The notes below the pieces were generated by a model. It saw nothing but the letters and a program-made list of their open reading frames with translations. It did no database searches and was not told the origin of the DNA. Made by a program: the position numbers and the translations under genes. A stretch of 64,000 nucleotides of DNA from Candidatus Multivoradales bacterium (lineage in GTDB: Bacteria; Acidobacteriota; Thermoanaerobaculia; Multivoradales; J023), in assembly GCA_965248925.1 (NCBI GenBank), contig CBDFLE010000006.1, forward strand, positions 768,001 through 832,000, in the 5' to 3' direction. How positions within the stretch are numbered: the first letter of the stretch is position 1; each line of letters opens with the position of its first letter. Positions 48,484 through 58,689 of this stretch are shown piece by piece.

Positions 48484-49761
48484 TCAACCTGGCGCTGGAT
48501 TGCCGCGGCCCAGAGTGGCGTGCGCCCGCGCCAAGTCACGCGATGAGAGGGCCGCCAGCAACGAAAGCTCACCGGCCAGCACGGTCGCCCCGACAATCTC
48601 AGCCAACCGCCCGACAGCAGCGCCAGGCCGGGCCGGATCTACCGCGATATGCAGCAAATCGAGAGCCTGGCGCTGGCAAGCTAAGCCGGTACCGCCACCG
48701 ATCGCCGCCAAGGGCAGGTCGGGCAAGTAGACCGAGGCCACCACACTCTCCGGGCCCCGCTGCTCGATACAAGTCACTCCGATCGCCGCTTCCGCCACCT
48801 GCGCCGGGTCTTGGCCAGTGGCCACAAATAGGGCCGCCAGAAGATTGGCATAGTGAGCGTTGTAACCCAGTGAGCCGGCCGCTACCGAACCGATCAGGTT
48901 CTTGCGGTACTGCACCTCGACCAGCGCCCGAGCAGTGGTCTTGAAGATCTTGCTGAGCACTTGCTGATCGAGTACCACCTCGGCGAAGACCCGCTTGCCG
49001 CGGCCCTCCTGAAAGTTGATCGCCGCCGGCTTCTTATCGGTGCAAAAATTGCCTGATAGTGAGACGCACTCGACTCCGGTACCGGGTTCGATCAGCTCTT
49101 TGATCACCTTGTCGCAGGCCAGGGTCACCATGTTCATACCCATCGCATCGCCGGTGTCGAAGCGGAAACGTAGGAATACAGTGGTACCGATGGCGCGCGC
49201 GTCAACCTCAAGCAGGCGCAGGTGCTTGCTGTCGCCTTCGGTGAGCTGGCAAATCTCCTGCCGGTGCTGGTCGACCCAGCGGACGAATTCTTGAGACTGG
49301 ACGATGCCGGAGGTGCGAAAAACCGGCGCCCGAGTCATGCCGACGTTGTCGACTCGCACGACCGCCCCGCCAGCCTCGGTCAGGGCGCGCGCGCCACGGT
49401 TGGCGCTGGCTACCAGTGCCCCTTCGGTGGTTGCCAGGGGAACGTGGATCTCTTCGTCGTCGATCCACTCGCCGCGAATGCGCAACGGCCCGATGACCCC
49501 CACTGGCACCTGGATGACCCCGATCATGTTCTCGCAGTGCTGACTAGAGGCACGTTCGTCGTCGAGCGAGTAGCGCCCCAGGTGGCCGAGATCAGCACCG
49601 GTCTTCTGCTCCAAGGCGCGGCGGCGCAACTCAATTTTTTCTCGCGCCGACAATTCGGCCGGCAAATCGTGGAAGCGGCGACTGCCGGAAGCCAACTCGG
49701 CAACCAGGCGGTCTTGGTCGTTGTTCACCACTGCTCTCTTTACCATCGTGGCAAGTTGCAT
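48484..49761 (-). CDS. hmgA: Class I HMG-CoA reductase (NADPH)
   Basis: CENMIG, PLATTEGALVAS, DAMGMNM, GELSLLAAL. Confidence 0.93.
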   Translation of the reverse strand: MQLATMVKRAVVNNDQDRLVAELASGSRRFHDLPAELSAREKIELRRRALEQKTGADLGHLGRYSLDDERASSQHCENMIGVIQVPVGVIGPLRIRGEWIDDEEIHVPLATTEGALVASANRGARALTEAGGAVVRVDNVGMTRAPVFRTSGIVQSQEFVRWVDQHRQEICQLTEGDSKHLRLLEVDARAIGTTVFLRFRFDTGDAMGMNMVTLACDKVIKELIEPGTGVECVSLSGNFCTDKKPAAINFQEGRGKRVFAEVVLDQQVLSKIFKTTARALVEVQYRKNLIGSVAAGSLGYNAHYANLLAALFVATGQDPAQVAEAAIGVTCIEQRGPESVVASVYLPDLPLAAIGGGTGLACQRQALDLLHIAVDPARPGAAVGRLAEIVGATVLAGELSLLAALSSRDLARAHATLGRGNPAPG

Positions 49762-49764
49762 GCT

Positions 49765-50877
49765 CTATCCTCCAGACCCGACCGGGGTCGTCATGGCCGA
49801 ATCAAACTTCGTCGCACCAGGAACCGCCGAAACCAGCGGTGAACGCCGTAGCGCCTCGAGATCGCCGGCCCCGACACAGAACATCGCGGTGCGAAGTTCC
49901 TCGGTTATCCGCTGTAGCCGCTCTTCTACCGCCACCGCCGACTCCAGGGCGGGAGCCAAGAAAGGCTGGGCCAGGCCGACCAAATCGGCACCTAGGGCGA
50001 TCGCCTTGGCCGCATCGACGCCGGAACGCACGCCGCCCGAGCCGATCACCTGCAGGCCGTCGATCGCCGCCAGCTGGCGAATGGACTCCGGAGTGGGTAC
50101 CCCCCAATCGGCAAACAACTCGCCGAGGTCCAGGTCGGCGGCCCGCGCCGCTTCGATCCGTGCCCAGCTGGTACCACCCAAGCCAGCGCTATCGATAATC
50201 CGCACACCCACGTCGCGCAGCGCCCGAGCGGTCTTTCCCGAGATACCGCAGCCAATCTCCTTGACTACCACCGGCACCTCGAGTTCATTCACCAATCGGC
50301 CGATCTTGGCCAGCAGGCCGCGGAAATCGCATTGGCCTTCCGGTTGGATCGCCTCCTGCAGTGGATTCAGATGTAGAGCCAGGGCATCGGCACCGACCAT
50401 CTCCACCGCTCGGCGGCATTCGTCGACACCGTAGCCGTAGTTCAGCTGCACGGCGCCGAGGTTGGCCAGCAGCGGCACCGTCGGCGCCAACTGCCGCACG
50501 GCGAAGGTTCCAGCGGTGCGGGGATCCTCGAGAGCCTTGCGCTGCGAGCCGACGCCGAGGGCCACTCCAGCTTGCTCGGCGGCCAGCGCCAGATGCCGAT
50601 TAATGTTCGAAGCGCTGTCGGTACCACCGGTCATGCAGGAGATCAGCAGCGGCGCGCGCAGCGGCTTGCCTAGAAAGCGAGTATTGAGATTGACCTGCTG
50701 GCGATCAATCTCCGGCAAGGCCTCGTGAACAAAGCGCAGCGAGTCGAAGAAGCGCACGTCGAGCTGGGTGTGGCGAGCCAATGCCAGCTCGATGTGCTCC
50801 AGCTTGCGATCGCGCTCGCCCAGCGCCGCCGGGCTGTTGGGGGAATCGGCCACCATGGTTATTGCCCTAGTCATCAA
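49765..50877 (-). CDS. fni: Type 2 isopentenyl-diphosphate isomerase
   Basis: RKLEHI, MTGG, GSQR, HLNPLQE, KEIGCG, GGTSW. Confidence 0.95.
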   Translation of the reverse strand: MMTRAITMVADSPNSPAALGERDRKLEHIELALARHTQLDVRFFDSLRFVHEALPEIDRQQVNLNTRFLGKPLRAPLLISCMTGGTDSASNINRHLALAAEQAGVALGVGSQRKALEDPRTAGTFAVRQLAPTVPLLANLGAVQLNYGYGVDECRRAVEMVGADALALHLNPLQEAIQPEGQCDFRGLLAKIGRLVNELEVPVVVKEIGCGISGKTARALRDVGVRIIDSAGLGGTSWARIEAARAADLDLGELFADWGVPTPESIRQLAAIDGLQVIGSGGVRSGVDAAKAIALGADLVGLAQPFLAPALESAVAVEERLQRITEELRTAMFCVGAGDLEALRRSPLVSAVPGATKFDSAMTTPVGSGG

Positions 50878-50890
50878 TCCTCGGCCGGGC

Positions 50891-51667
50891 TCAAATGCTG
50901 TGACCGATCAGCTCCTGCAAGCGCTCGCGGTAGCTGCGGCTCAAAGTCAGGCGCTGGCCTTCTTCCAACACCACCAGGTAGTCACCGTGAAACTGCTGTT
51001 GCAACTCTTGGATACGCTCCACATTGATGATCGTCGAGCGGTGAATGCGCAAGAACTTCTGTGGATCGAGGCGCCGCTCGAGACCGGCCATGGTCTCCCG
51101 CAGGAGATGGCTCTCGCCTCCGTGCAGGTTGAGCTTGACGTAGTTGCCCGCGGCATCGACCCAATCGATCTGCGCCACCTTGATGAACACCACCCGACCA
51201 CTGGATTTGACCACCAGACGTTCGGCAAAGACCGGCCGCTGTTGCCGCACCTCGTCGAGCAGACGCCGTAGCTGGTCTTCCATGCCGGTAGGGGCGGCGG
51301 GCTGGCCGAGGGTCTCCCGCACGCGGCTCATGGCAGCGGTGAAGCGCTGTTGATCGAATGGCTTGAGCAGGTAGTCGATGGCGTGGACATCGAAGGCGCG
51401 GATGGCGTATTGGTCGAAAGCGGTAACAAAAACGATGGCTGGCAACACCTCAGGATCGAGGCTCTCCAACACTTCGAAGCCGTCGAGTTCGGGCATCTGC
51501 ACGTCGAGAAAAACCAGGTCTGGCCGCAGCCGTTCAAGGGTCTCCAAGGCCTCCTTGCCGTCGCGGCACTCGGCGATGATCTCCACATCCGCTTCACGCT
51601 CCAAATAGCGGCGGATCTTGACCCGCGCTAAAGGCTCGTCATCGGCAATGATCGTTCTAATGTCCAC
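50891..51667 (-). CDS. LytTR-family response regulator
   Basis: DDEPLAR, FLDVQMP, DYLLKP, FLRIHRS. Confidence 0.93.
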   Translation of the reverse strand: MDIRTIIADDEPLARVKIRRYLEREADVEIIAECRDGKEALETLERLRPDLVFLDVQMPELDGFEVLESLDPEVLPAIVFVTAFDQYAIRAFDVHAIDYLLKPFDQQRFTAAMSRVRETLGQPAAPTGMEDQLRRLLDEVRQQRPVFAERLVVKSSGRVVFIKVAQIDWVDAAGNYVKLNLHGGESHLLRETMAGLERRLDPQKFLRIHRSTIINVERIQELQQQFHGDYLVVLEEGQRLTLSRSYRERLQELIGHSI

Positions 51668-51720
51668 AACGCTTTCAAGTATCTCTCCACCGGCTCGATT
51701 CCGCTGTCAGAAAAGGAGCG

Positions 51721-51742
51721 GAAGTGTCATAGAAGTGTCATG
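51721..51742 (+). promoter_or_regulatory. Pho-box-like OmpR/PhoB-family direct repeat
   Basis: GTGTCAT-AGAA-GTGTCAT with 11-bp period, upstream of the HK/RR operon. Confidence 0.55.
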
Positions 51743-51779
51743 CGCCTCTCCGCCTCACTTCTACGGTAGGATTTGCTCC

Positions 51780-52769
51780 ATGCTGCGTCGCAACTCAGCC
51801 CCCATCCTAGTGATCTGTTCGATCTACCTGATCGCCCTGTTGGTGACCACCGGCTTGTTAGTCTTCTGGGTCGCCGTGGTGCAGCGCTTCGAGGGTGAGA
51901 TCAACCAGATGATCGGCCGCCTGGGGCTGGAATCGAACTACTTCCACTGGTTCGTCGGCACCACCGGCTATGGCCTTTTCTTCCTGGTCATCTTGGCCCT
52001 GACTTACCTTTTGGCGGTGACCCTCTCCGAGCGACGTTACTCGCGTAAGCAGAACGACTTCCTGTCCAACGTCACGCACGAACTGAAATCCCCGGTGGCG
52101 GCGATCAAGCTGCACGCCCAGAGCCTGGAGCAGAGCGACGTGCCGCAGGACGAACGCCAACGCTCGGTGGGATACATCCTGCAAGAAGCTGAGCGCATCG
52201 GCGCTTTGGTCGACAATCTGCTGGAATCGAGCCGCTTGGAGGCCGCTGCCGGCGGGCGGCTTGAGGCGATCGACCTGCGAGCCTTCTTCGCCGACTATCA
52301 GAACGCGGTGCGCGGACGCTTCGACCTCGCCCAGATCGATCTGCGGTTCGAGGTCTCGAGCCGGTCGGCGGTGATGGCCACCGCCGAGGGTTTGCAGCGG
52401 ATCCTCGACAATCTGATCGGCAACGCGGTGCGCTTTACCCGCCGCGGCGGTCGCATCCTCTTGACGGTGCGCGACCGTGGCCGCGGTCGCGCCGAGATCG
52501 TCGTCACCGACGATGGCGTCGGCATTCCCAAGCGCGACTTGGAGCGCGTCTTCGACCGCTTCCACCAGCTCGGCCGCGGGCTCCGCGGCCACCACGGCAC
52601 CGGTCTCGGGCTATCGATCGTCCGCGGCCTGGTGGAAGAGTTGCGGGGCCGCATCCGTGCCGTCGCTCCCGAGGGCAATACCGGCGGCGCCCGCTTCGAA
52701 ATCGAACTGCCAACCTCCACTGAACCGCCCCTAAACTCGTGCGCCAGGGAGCCCGCGGATGGCGACTGA
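51780..52769 (+). CDS. Membrane sensor histidine kinase
   Basis: Two TMs; THELKSP; NAVRF; DDGVGI; GTGLGL. Confidence 0.93.
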   Translation: MLRRNSAPILVICSIYLIALLVTTGLLVFWVAVVQRFEGEINQMIGRLGLESNYFHWFVGTTGYGLFFLVILALTYLLAVTLSERRYSRKQNDFLSNVTHELKSPVAAIKLHAQSLEQSDVPQDERQRSVGYILQEAERIGALVDNLLESSRLEAAAGGRLEAIDLRAFFADYQNAVRGRFDLAQIDLRFEVSSRSAVMATAEGLQRILDNLIGNAVRFTRRGGRILLTVRDRGRGRAEIVVTDDGVGIPKRDLERVFDRFHQLGRGLRGHHGTGLGLSIVRGLVEELRGRIRAVAPEGNTGGARFEIELPTSTEPPLNSCAREPADGD

Positions 52770-53490
52770 GCCGCGCGCCAAGAACCGCATCCTGCTGGTC
52801 GAAGACGAAGAGGCTCTGGCTCAAGGCTTACTCGCCAACTTGCGTCGCAAAGGTCATCAAGTGCAGCTGGCCAAGGACGGTGAACGGGCCCTGGAATTGG
52901 CCGCGGCCCAGACCTTCGATCTGGTGATGCTCGACGTCATGCTGCCCGAGATAGATGGCTTCGAGGTCTGCCGCCGGCTGCGCGAGCGGCGCGATTTCAC
53001 CCCCGTGCTGATGCTCACCGCCCGCGACCAGGCCGACGATGTGGTCTACGGCTTGAAGAACGGCGCCGACGATTACATGGTCAAGCCCTTCGACCTGGCC
53101 GAGTTGCTGGCCAGAGTGGAGGGAATGCTGCGCCGGGCCGGCTGGACTCAGCGCCCAGCCGCCACCGACTCGGCGAACAACAGCGAGCCTCGCTTCGAGT
53201 TCGGCGATGGCTTCTGGATCGACTTTGCAACCTGGCGCGCCCAAACCCGCCACGGCGAAGTCGAGCTGTCGCGCAAGGAACTTGAGGTGATGCGCATCTT
53301 CGCCCAGCGGCCACAGCAAGTGATCACCCGCCGCGAGCTGCTCGAACAAGTCTGGGAACTGCCCAACCATCCCAACACCCGAGTGGTCGACAATGTCATC
53401 GTCGCATTGCGCAAGTCCTTCGAAGAAAACGCTTGGCGGCCGCGCCACATCCACAACGTGCGCGGCGTTGGCTACCGTTTCGAGCCCTAG
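52759..53490 (+). CDS. OmpR/PhoB-family response regulator
   Basis: LDVMLP, KPF, VRGVGYRF. Confidence 0.95.
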   Translation: MATEPRAKNRILLVEDEEALAQGLLANLRRKGHQVQLAKDGERALELAAAQTFDLVMLDVMLPEIDGFEVCRRLRERRDFTPVLMLTARDQADDVVYGLKNGADDYMVKPFDLAELLARVEGMLRRAGWTQRPAATDSANNSEPRFEFGDGFWIDFATWRAQTRHGEVELSRKELEVMRIFAQRPQQVITRRELLEQVWELPNHPNTRVVDNVIVALRKSFEENAWRPRHIHNVRGVGYRFEP

Positions 53491-53590
53491 CAGTCCTCTC
53501 TGGAGTGCTAGCACTGCCGTCCAGCCAGCGTGCAAGGCTGTCTGAACAATTGCCGAAAAGCCGTTGTAGCATAAAAACGCCCACGCTATA

Positions 53591-56116
53591 GTGACATCGA
53601 TGAGCGTTCCTCGGACCTTCCTCTTCCAAGAACCCCAGTATTCGCCCTCCGGCCCCTTGGCAAGATCGGGAAAGTCTGAGGCGACAAAACCAGGCAGCAG
53701 ACAGCGGCATCGTCAAAGCGTCGCGGCGGGAATCGCAGCTACCGATCGTTGGTGGCTCGCGGGCTTGTTCTGCCTGGTGATCTTTGGCGCCCTGGTCAAT
53801 TTTCAGACCTTTCGCGACTACGTCTTCGAAGACTCTTACATCACCTACAGCTACGCCCAGAGTCTCGCCGCCGGTGATGGGCTGGTATTTAACCAGGGCG
53901 AGCGGGTGCTGGGCACAACCACTCCCTTTTTCGCTCTGTTGCTCGGCCTGCTGGGCATGCTGGGCTGTAACATCCCGGCTGCCTCCGGTGCCCTTTTTGC
54001 CGCCAGCCTGGGTGGAATCGGCCTGATCGGCGCGCTTCTGCTAGGCCGTTTTGGCGCTTGGCGAGCGGGCTTGTTCTTCGCCTTGCTCACCGCTTGGGGG
54101 AGCGGAAACTGGCTGTGGTTGTGGGGCATGGAGACGCCATTCTTTACCGCGATCCTGCTCAGCGCGCTGTGGTTGCTGCTCGAAGAGCGCCCGCTAGGCG
54201 CCGGCATCTGCCTCGGCATTGCCTTTGTAACCCGCTACGACGCCGCCCTCTTCGTCATTTCATTGCTGCTGCTGGAAAGTGTAAGAAAGCGTCGCTTGCC
54301 CCTGCGCTGCGCTTGCGCCGCGGCTTGCGTGGCCTTGCCCTGGTTGGCCTTCGCACAGCTTTACTACGGCTCAGTGCTGCCCAACACGCTGGGCGCGAAA
54401 ATGGCCTCGACCACCATGCCCGAGTACCTCTGGGGCTCGCTGGTCAAGCAAGTCCGGAATTTCCTATCGCCTCTCCACCGCCTGGTCTCGGAGCGCCAGC
54501 TGGGGCCGGAGATCCACCAGCTCACCGGTGGACTGCTCTTGCTGCCGATCTTGGTCGCCAGCCGGGCTTTGCTGAGACGCGAGCTGCTCATCGCCCAGTT
54601 GTTGTTGTTTCCCCTGATGTCATGGGTCGGCTACGCCATCATCGGCCCCGGCACCGGCCATTCTTGGCATCTGCTGCCGGCGATGTGCTGTGCCGTACTG
54701 CTAAGCCTGCTGGCCTGGAGCCAGCTGCTCGCTAGGCTGCGGTTTCGCCCCTGGATGGATGGGTGCCTGTCACTGGCCTTGGCTGCGGCCCTGCTCGGAC
54801 TACCACTGGCAGCCGCCAACCAAAACCAGCAGCTGGTCGACAACGGCTTTTACCGCGGTCGTATCGGCGCCTACACGGATATTGCGCGATGGATCAATGA
54901 AAAAGGGCTGAACGATCTCAAGATCCTCATGCAAGAGCCCGGCTACCTGCATTTCCTGACCGGCAACCCGATAGTGGATGCCGTCGGCCTGATCACACCC
55001 AACGTGGTTGTCCACGACGGCGAGCGCCGCCGCGTCGAGGTCAATGAGCTGGTCGAAAAACACCGACCCGATCTCATCGTCACCCCCACCCGATACTGGG
55101 CGGGGCTCGACCTCAATGGCTTCTTGCCCCTCTTCCACGCCGTTCCCCTACGCACTGTCTACATCAGCAAGGCGGCGTACAAGAAACGTTTCGACGCCCT
55201 CGCCGACCGCTGGCTAACTCCCCCCGCGAGCACTCCGCCGGAGCTTGATCGAGCCAACTCCCTGCGGGTCGACTTCACGGCTGGCGACAGCAATGACTTC
55301 ATCACCACCGGCAGGCTCGGCGGTAACTTCATCACCAACGGGGTGGGGGCCCGGGCCGTCGCCGGGCTAGAACCCCCGTTCCTGTCGACCCAGGGTGATC
55401 GCTGGGGGGGGATCGTCACTCCTTCCTTCACCATCGACTTCGACGAGATCTCGTTCCAATTTGCCGCCACCAGCAGCTCAGTCACCATCGCCCGCCTGCT
55501 GATTGACCGCCAGGAGGTCTATCGCGCCACCGGCGGCCGGCGAAGCCCACCTCCGGTGCAGGAGGTGCGCTGGCCGGTAAGCCAATGGCGGGGCAAAGAA
55601 GCCGTCGTGCAGTTTCAGGATCTGGCCCGCGGCGGCAAATTCCTGGCCGCGGATCGGCTGCGCTCTTGCCGCCATCAGCGGGTCGAGCTGTTGGCCGACT
55701 TTGAAGACCCCGACTACGGCGACCTGTGGCAGACCACCTTCGGCGACCAGCCACAAGCGCTCCGTGGGCTAGCCATCGAGCGCGGGGTGCCCTTCCTGCA
55801 CGGGCGCTCGGCGGCCATGAGTATGGGCCTCGAAGGCCCGCGGCGAATGACCTCGCGTCCCTTCAAGACCGATCGTACACAGCTGTCCTTCGCCGCTCTC
55901 GACTTCGCTGGCCGCGAAAGCCAGATCGTGTTGTGGGCCGAGGATAAGATAGTGCGCCGTTGGCGGGGGCGCAACACTCGCCGCTCTCAGCCGGTGGTCT
56001 GGGAGCTATCGCGGTGGATCGGCAAGTCACTGGTGCTCGACATCATCGACCCCACTGAAGAGCCCGGACAGTGGATCGGAATCGATGAGCTGCGGCTGTT
56101 CGACAGCGGCTGCTGA
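53591..56116 (+). CDS. GT-C-type membrane glycosyltransferase (AftB-like) with C-terminal extracellular beta-sandwich domains, paralog 1
   Basis: EDSYITYSYA...GLVFNQGERVLGTTTP, GMET, TRYD, PNT; many TMs. Confidence 0.72.
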   Translation: MTSMSVPRTFLFQEPQYSPSGPLARSGKSEATKPGSRQRHRQSVAAGIAATDRWWLAGLFCLVIFGALVNFQTFRDYVFEDSYITYSYAQSLAAGDGLVFNQGERVLGTTTPFFALLLGLLGMLGCNIPAASGALFAASLGGIGLIGALLLGRFGAWRAGLFFALLTAWGSGNWLWLWGMETPFFTAILLSALWLLLEERPLGAGICLGIAFVTRYDAALFVISLLLLESVRKRRLPLRCACAAACVALPWLAFAQLYYGSVLPNTLGAKMASTTMPEYLWGSLVKQVRNFLSPLHRLVSERQLGPEIHQLTGGLLLLPILVASRALLRRELLIAQLLLFPLMSWVGYAIIGPGTGHSWHLLPAMCCAVLLSLLAWSQLLARLRFRPWMDGCLSLALAAALLGLPLAAANQNQQLVDNGFYRGRIGAYTDIARWINEKGLNDLKILMQEPGYLHFLTGNPIVDAVGLITPNVVVHDGERRRVEVNELVEKHRPDLIVTPTRYWAGLDLNGFLPLFHAVPLRTVYISKAAYKKRFDALADRWLTPPASTPPELDRANSLRVDFTAGDSNDFITTGRLGGNFITNGVGARAVAGLEPPFLSTQGDRWGGIVTPSFTIDFDEISFQFAATSSSVTIARLLIDRQEVYRATGGRRSPPPVQEVRWPVSQWRGKEAVVQFQDLARGGKFLAADRLRSCRHQRVELLADFEDPDYGDLWQTTFGDQPQALRGLAIERGVPFLHGRSAAMSMGLEGPRRMTSRPFKTDRTQLSFAALDFAGRESQIVLWAEDKIVRRWRGRNTRRSQPVVWELSRWIGKSLVLDIIDPTEEPGQWIGIDELRLFDSGC

Positions 56117-56150
56117 ATAGGCAGAGGCCGTCAAATCGAGGACCCAGAGC

Positions 56151-58598
56151 TTGCTCTTCAAGAATAATTTCGCTGTCAAGACATCTTCAGAGACTCACCG
56201 CTGCTCATCCCGGCACAGCGCCGACCGCAGGTGGCGGATCTGTCTCTGGGTCGTCGTCGGCTTCGCGGCACTAGTCAACTTCTCGACCTTCAAGGACTAT
56301 GTCTTCGAAGATGCCTACATTACCTACAGCTACGCCCAGAATCTGGCGGCCGGCAATGGGCTGGTGTTCAACCAGGGCGAGCGGGTGCTGGGCACGACGA
56401 CACCTTTCTATGCTCTGCTGCTCGGCCTGTTGGCGTGGCTGGGCGGCGACATTCCGCTTCTGTCCGGTGTCCTCTTTGCAGGCAGCATGGCTTGGATTGG
56501 CCTGCTCGGCGGCTCGTTACTCGGCCGCTGGGGTAGTTGGCGAGCGGGCTTACTCTTCGCCCTGCTGATCAGCTGGGGGGCCGGCAACTGGATCTGGTTG
56601 TGGGGCATGGAAACGGCGTTCTACACCGCGCTCCTCTTAACCGCTCTGTGGCTGACCCTTGAAGAGCGCTCGCTGGCGGCCGGAATCTGCCTCGGCATCG
56701 CCTTCGTAACCCGCTACGACGCTATCCTCTTTGCCCTGACTCTGTGGTTCCTCGACACCGTGAAGCAGCGCCGGCTGCCGCTGCGCAGCATCTTGGCCGC
56801 CACCGGAGTAGCCCTGCCCTGGCTGCTCTTCGCCCAGCTTTATTATGGTTCGGTGGTGCCCAACACCCTTGGCGCCAAGATGGCCAAGACCCCCATGGGC
56901 GAATACCTGTGGGCCTCCTGGATTCGTCAGCTGGACCAGCTGATTTCGCCGCTGCTGCGATTCTCCCCCCCGCGGCGACTGATCCCCGCTCTCCGCAACA
57001 TTGCCTCCTGGCTGCTGCTGCTACCGATCCTGGTCGCCGGATGGAGGGTTGTGCGGCGTGAGCTGCTGGCGACGCAACTCTTGCTCTTTCCCCTCGCCCT
57101 GTGGTTCGGCTATTCGCTGATCGGTCCGGGTACCGGTCATTCCTGGCATCTGCTGCCGGCGCTGTGCTGTATCTTGCTACTGAGTCTAATCGCCTGGAGC
57201 CGGCTGCTCACCCTGGTGAAAACCGCACCTTGGTTGAATTTCTGCCAGCTGTTGGTGCTGGTGGCGGCACTGATCTGGCTGCCCATATCGGCGGCAACCC
57301 ACGCTCGCCAGTTGACCGACAACGGCTTCTATCGCGGCCGGGTGGAGGCCTATGCCGACCTCGCGGGGTGGATCAACGATCAGCGGCTGAATGAGCTCAA
57401 GATCCTCACCCAAGAACCCGGCTATATACGTTTTCTGACCGGCAATCCGATGATCGATGCCGCGGGTCTGACCACCCGCGGAGTGGTCACTCATCAGGGT
57501 GAGCGGCAGAAAATGAGCTTCGCCTCGATGATTGAGCAGCACCAGCCAGAGCTGATCATGGCGCCAGGACCCTACCGCTCAGGACTCGATCTCTCGGACT
57601 TCATACCGCTGATCTACCCGCTGCCGATAGGTACCGTCTTCATCCGCAGGTCGACCCACCGAGAACACTTCAACCACTTGGCCGAGAGTTGGTTGACGAG
57701 CGGCCCACCCACTGCTCGGCAACTCGCCTTGCCGACCGAACTGCGGGTCGATTTCGCAGCCGGCGATAGCGTCGACTTCTCCACTAGCGGCAGACTGGGC
57801 GGTAGCTTCGTCCGTCAGAAGCGAGCGCGCAAAAAGGCGCCCGAGGGTCTCGACCCGCCCTATCTGTCGACCCATGGGGAGCGCTGGGGAAGCATGGTCA
57901 CGCCTCCTTTCCGCATTGAGTTCGACGAGCTCTCATTCCAATTCGCCGCCACCAACCCCTACGGCACCCTGGCCCGCCTGCTGATCGACCGCCAAGAGGT
58001 GTATCGCATCACTGGCGAAGCGAAAGACCCGCCGCCGGTACACACCGTGCGCTGGCCGGTGGGACACTGGCGCGGCAAGGAAGCGGTGATCCAGTTCCAA
58101 GATTTACTCCGCGACCCGCGGTATCTAGCCGCCGATCGCCTGCGGTCCTGCCGCCATCGGCGGGTCGAGCTGGTCGCCGATTTCGAGAGCCCCTCCTACG
58201 GCGGGATCTGGCAAACCACCTTTGGTGAGCGGCCTACTCCGTTGCGCGGCCTGGCGGTCGAACGCGGGGTGCCCTTCTTGGTCGGTCGCTCCGCCGCCAC
58301 CAGCATGGCGCGTCCCGGCCCACAGCGAATGACCAGCCGGCCCTTTGTCCTCGATCACGACCATTTCTCGTTGGTGGCCTTCGATTTCGCCGGCCCGGAG
58401 AGTCGCATTGAGCTACGACTCGCGGGCCGGGTCGTCCGCCTCTGGCGCGGCGGCAACACTCGCCGGCTGCAACCGGTGGTCTGGGACCTGGCGGATCTTC
58501 ACGGCAAGACCCTGGTGCTCGACATCATCGACCCCACTCCCCAAGCCGGACGGTGGATCGGCATCGATGAGCTGCGACTGTTTGACAGTGGTTGCTGA
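56151..58598 (+). CDS. GT-C-type membrane glycosyltransferase, paralog 2
   Basis: Collinear with 53591-56116; both end WIGIDELRLFDSGC. Confidence 0.72.
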   Translation: MLFKNNFAVKTSSETHRCSSRHSADRRWRICLWVVVGFAALVNFSTFKDYVFEDAYITYSYAQNLAAGNGLVFNQGERVLGTTTPFYALLLGLLAWLGGDIPLLSGVLFAGSMAWIGLLGGSLLGRWGSWRAGLLFALLISWGAGNWIWLWGMETAFYTALLLTALWLTLEERSLAAGICLGIAFVTRYDAILFALTLWFLDTVKQRRLPLRSILAATGVALPWLLFAQLYYGSVVPNTLGAKMAKTPMGEYLWASWIRQLDQLISPLLRFSPPRRLIPALRNIASWLLLLPILVAGWRVVRRELLATQLLLFPLALWFGYSLIGPGTGHSWHLLPALCCILLLSLIAWSRLLTLVKTAPWLNFCQLLVLVAALIWLPISAATHARQLTDNGFYRGRVEAYADLAGWINDQRLNELKILTQEPGYIRFLTGNPMIDAAGLTTRGVVTHQGERQKMSFASMIEQHQPELIMAPGPYRSGLDLSDFIPLIYPLPIGTVFIRRSTHREHFNHLAESWLTSGPPTARQLALPTELRVDFAAGDSVDFSTSGRLGGSFVRQKRARKKAPEGLDPPYLSTHGERWGSMVTPPFRIEFDELSFQFAATNPYGTLARLLIDRQEVYRITGEAKDPPPVHTVRWPVGHWRGKEAVIQFQDLLRDPRYLAADRLRSCRHRRVELVADFESPSYGGIWQTTFGERPTPLRGLAVERGVPFLVGRSAATSMARPGPQRMTSRPFVLDHDHFSLVAFDFAGPESRIELRLAGRVVRLWRGGNTRRLQPVVWDLADLHGKTLVLDIIDPTPQAGRWIGIDELRLFDSGC

Positions 58599-58661
58599 AC
58601 AGAGATTGCTGAACAGAGATTGCTGAACAGAGGTTGCCGAAGAGTGGTTGCCGAAGAGTGG
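58592..58661. repeat. Five tandem 14-bp repeats
   Basis: TTGCTGAACAGAGR x3 then TTGCCGAAGAGTGG x2. Confidence 0.85.
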
Positions 58662-58689
58662 CTGCTGAGGGAGGAATTGGGCGGCGAGC

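Noticed and set aside
58592-58661. Possible CRISPR array (also 17223-17264 and 1322-1456)
   Set aside because: The repeats are short, with no unique spacers and no cas genes. The 1322-1456 repeats are IS21 end motifs.
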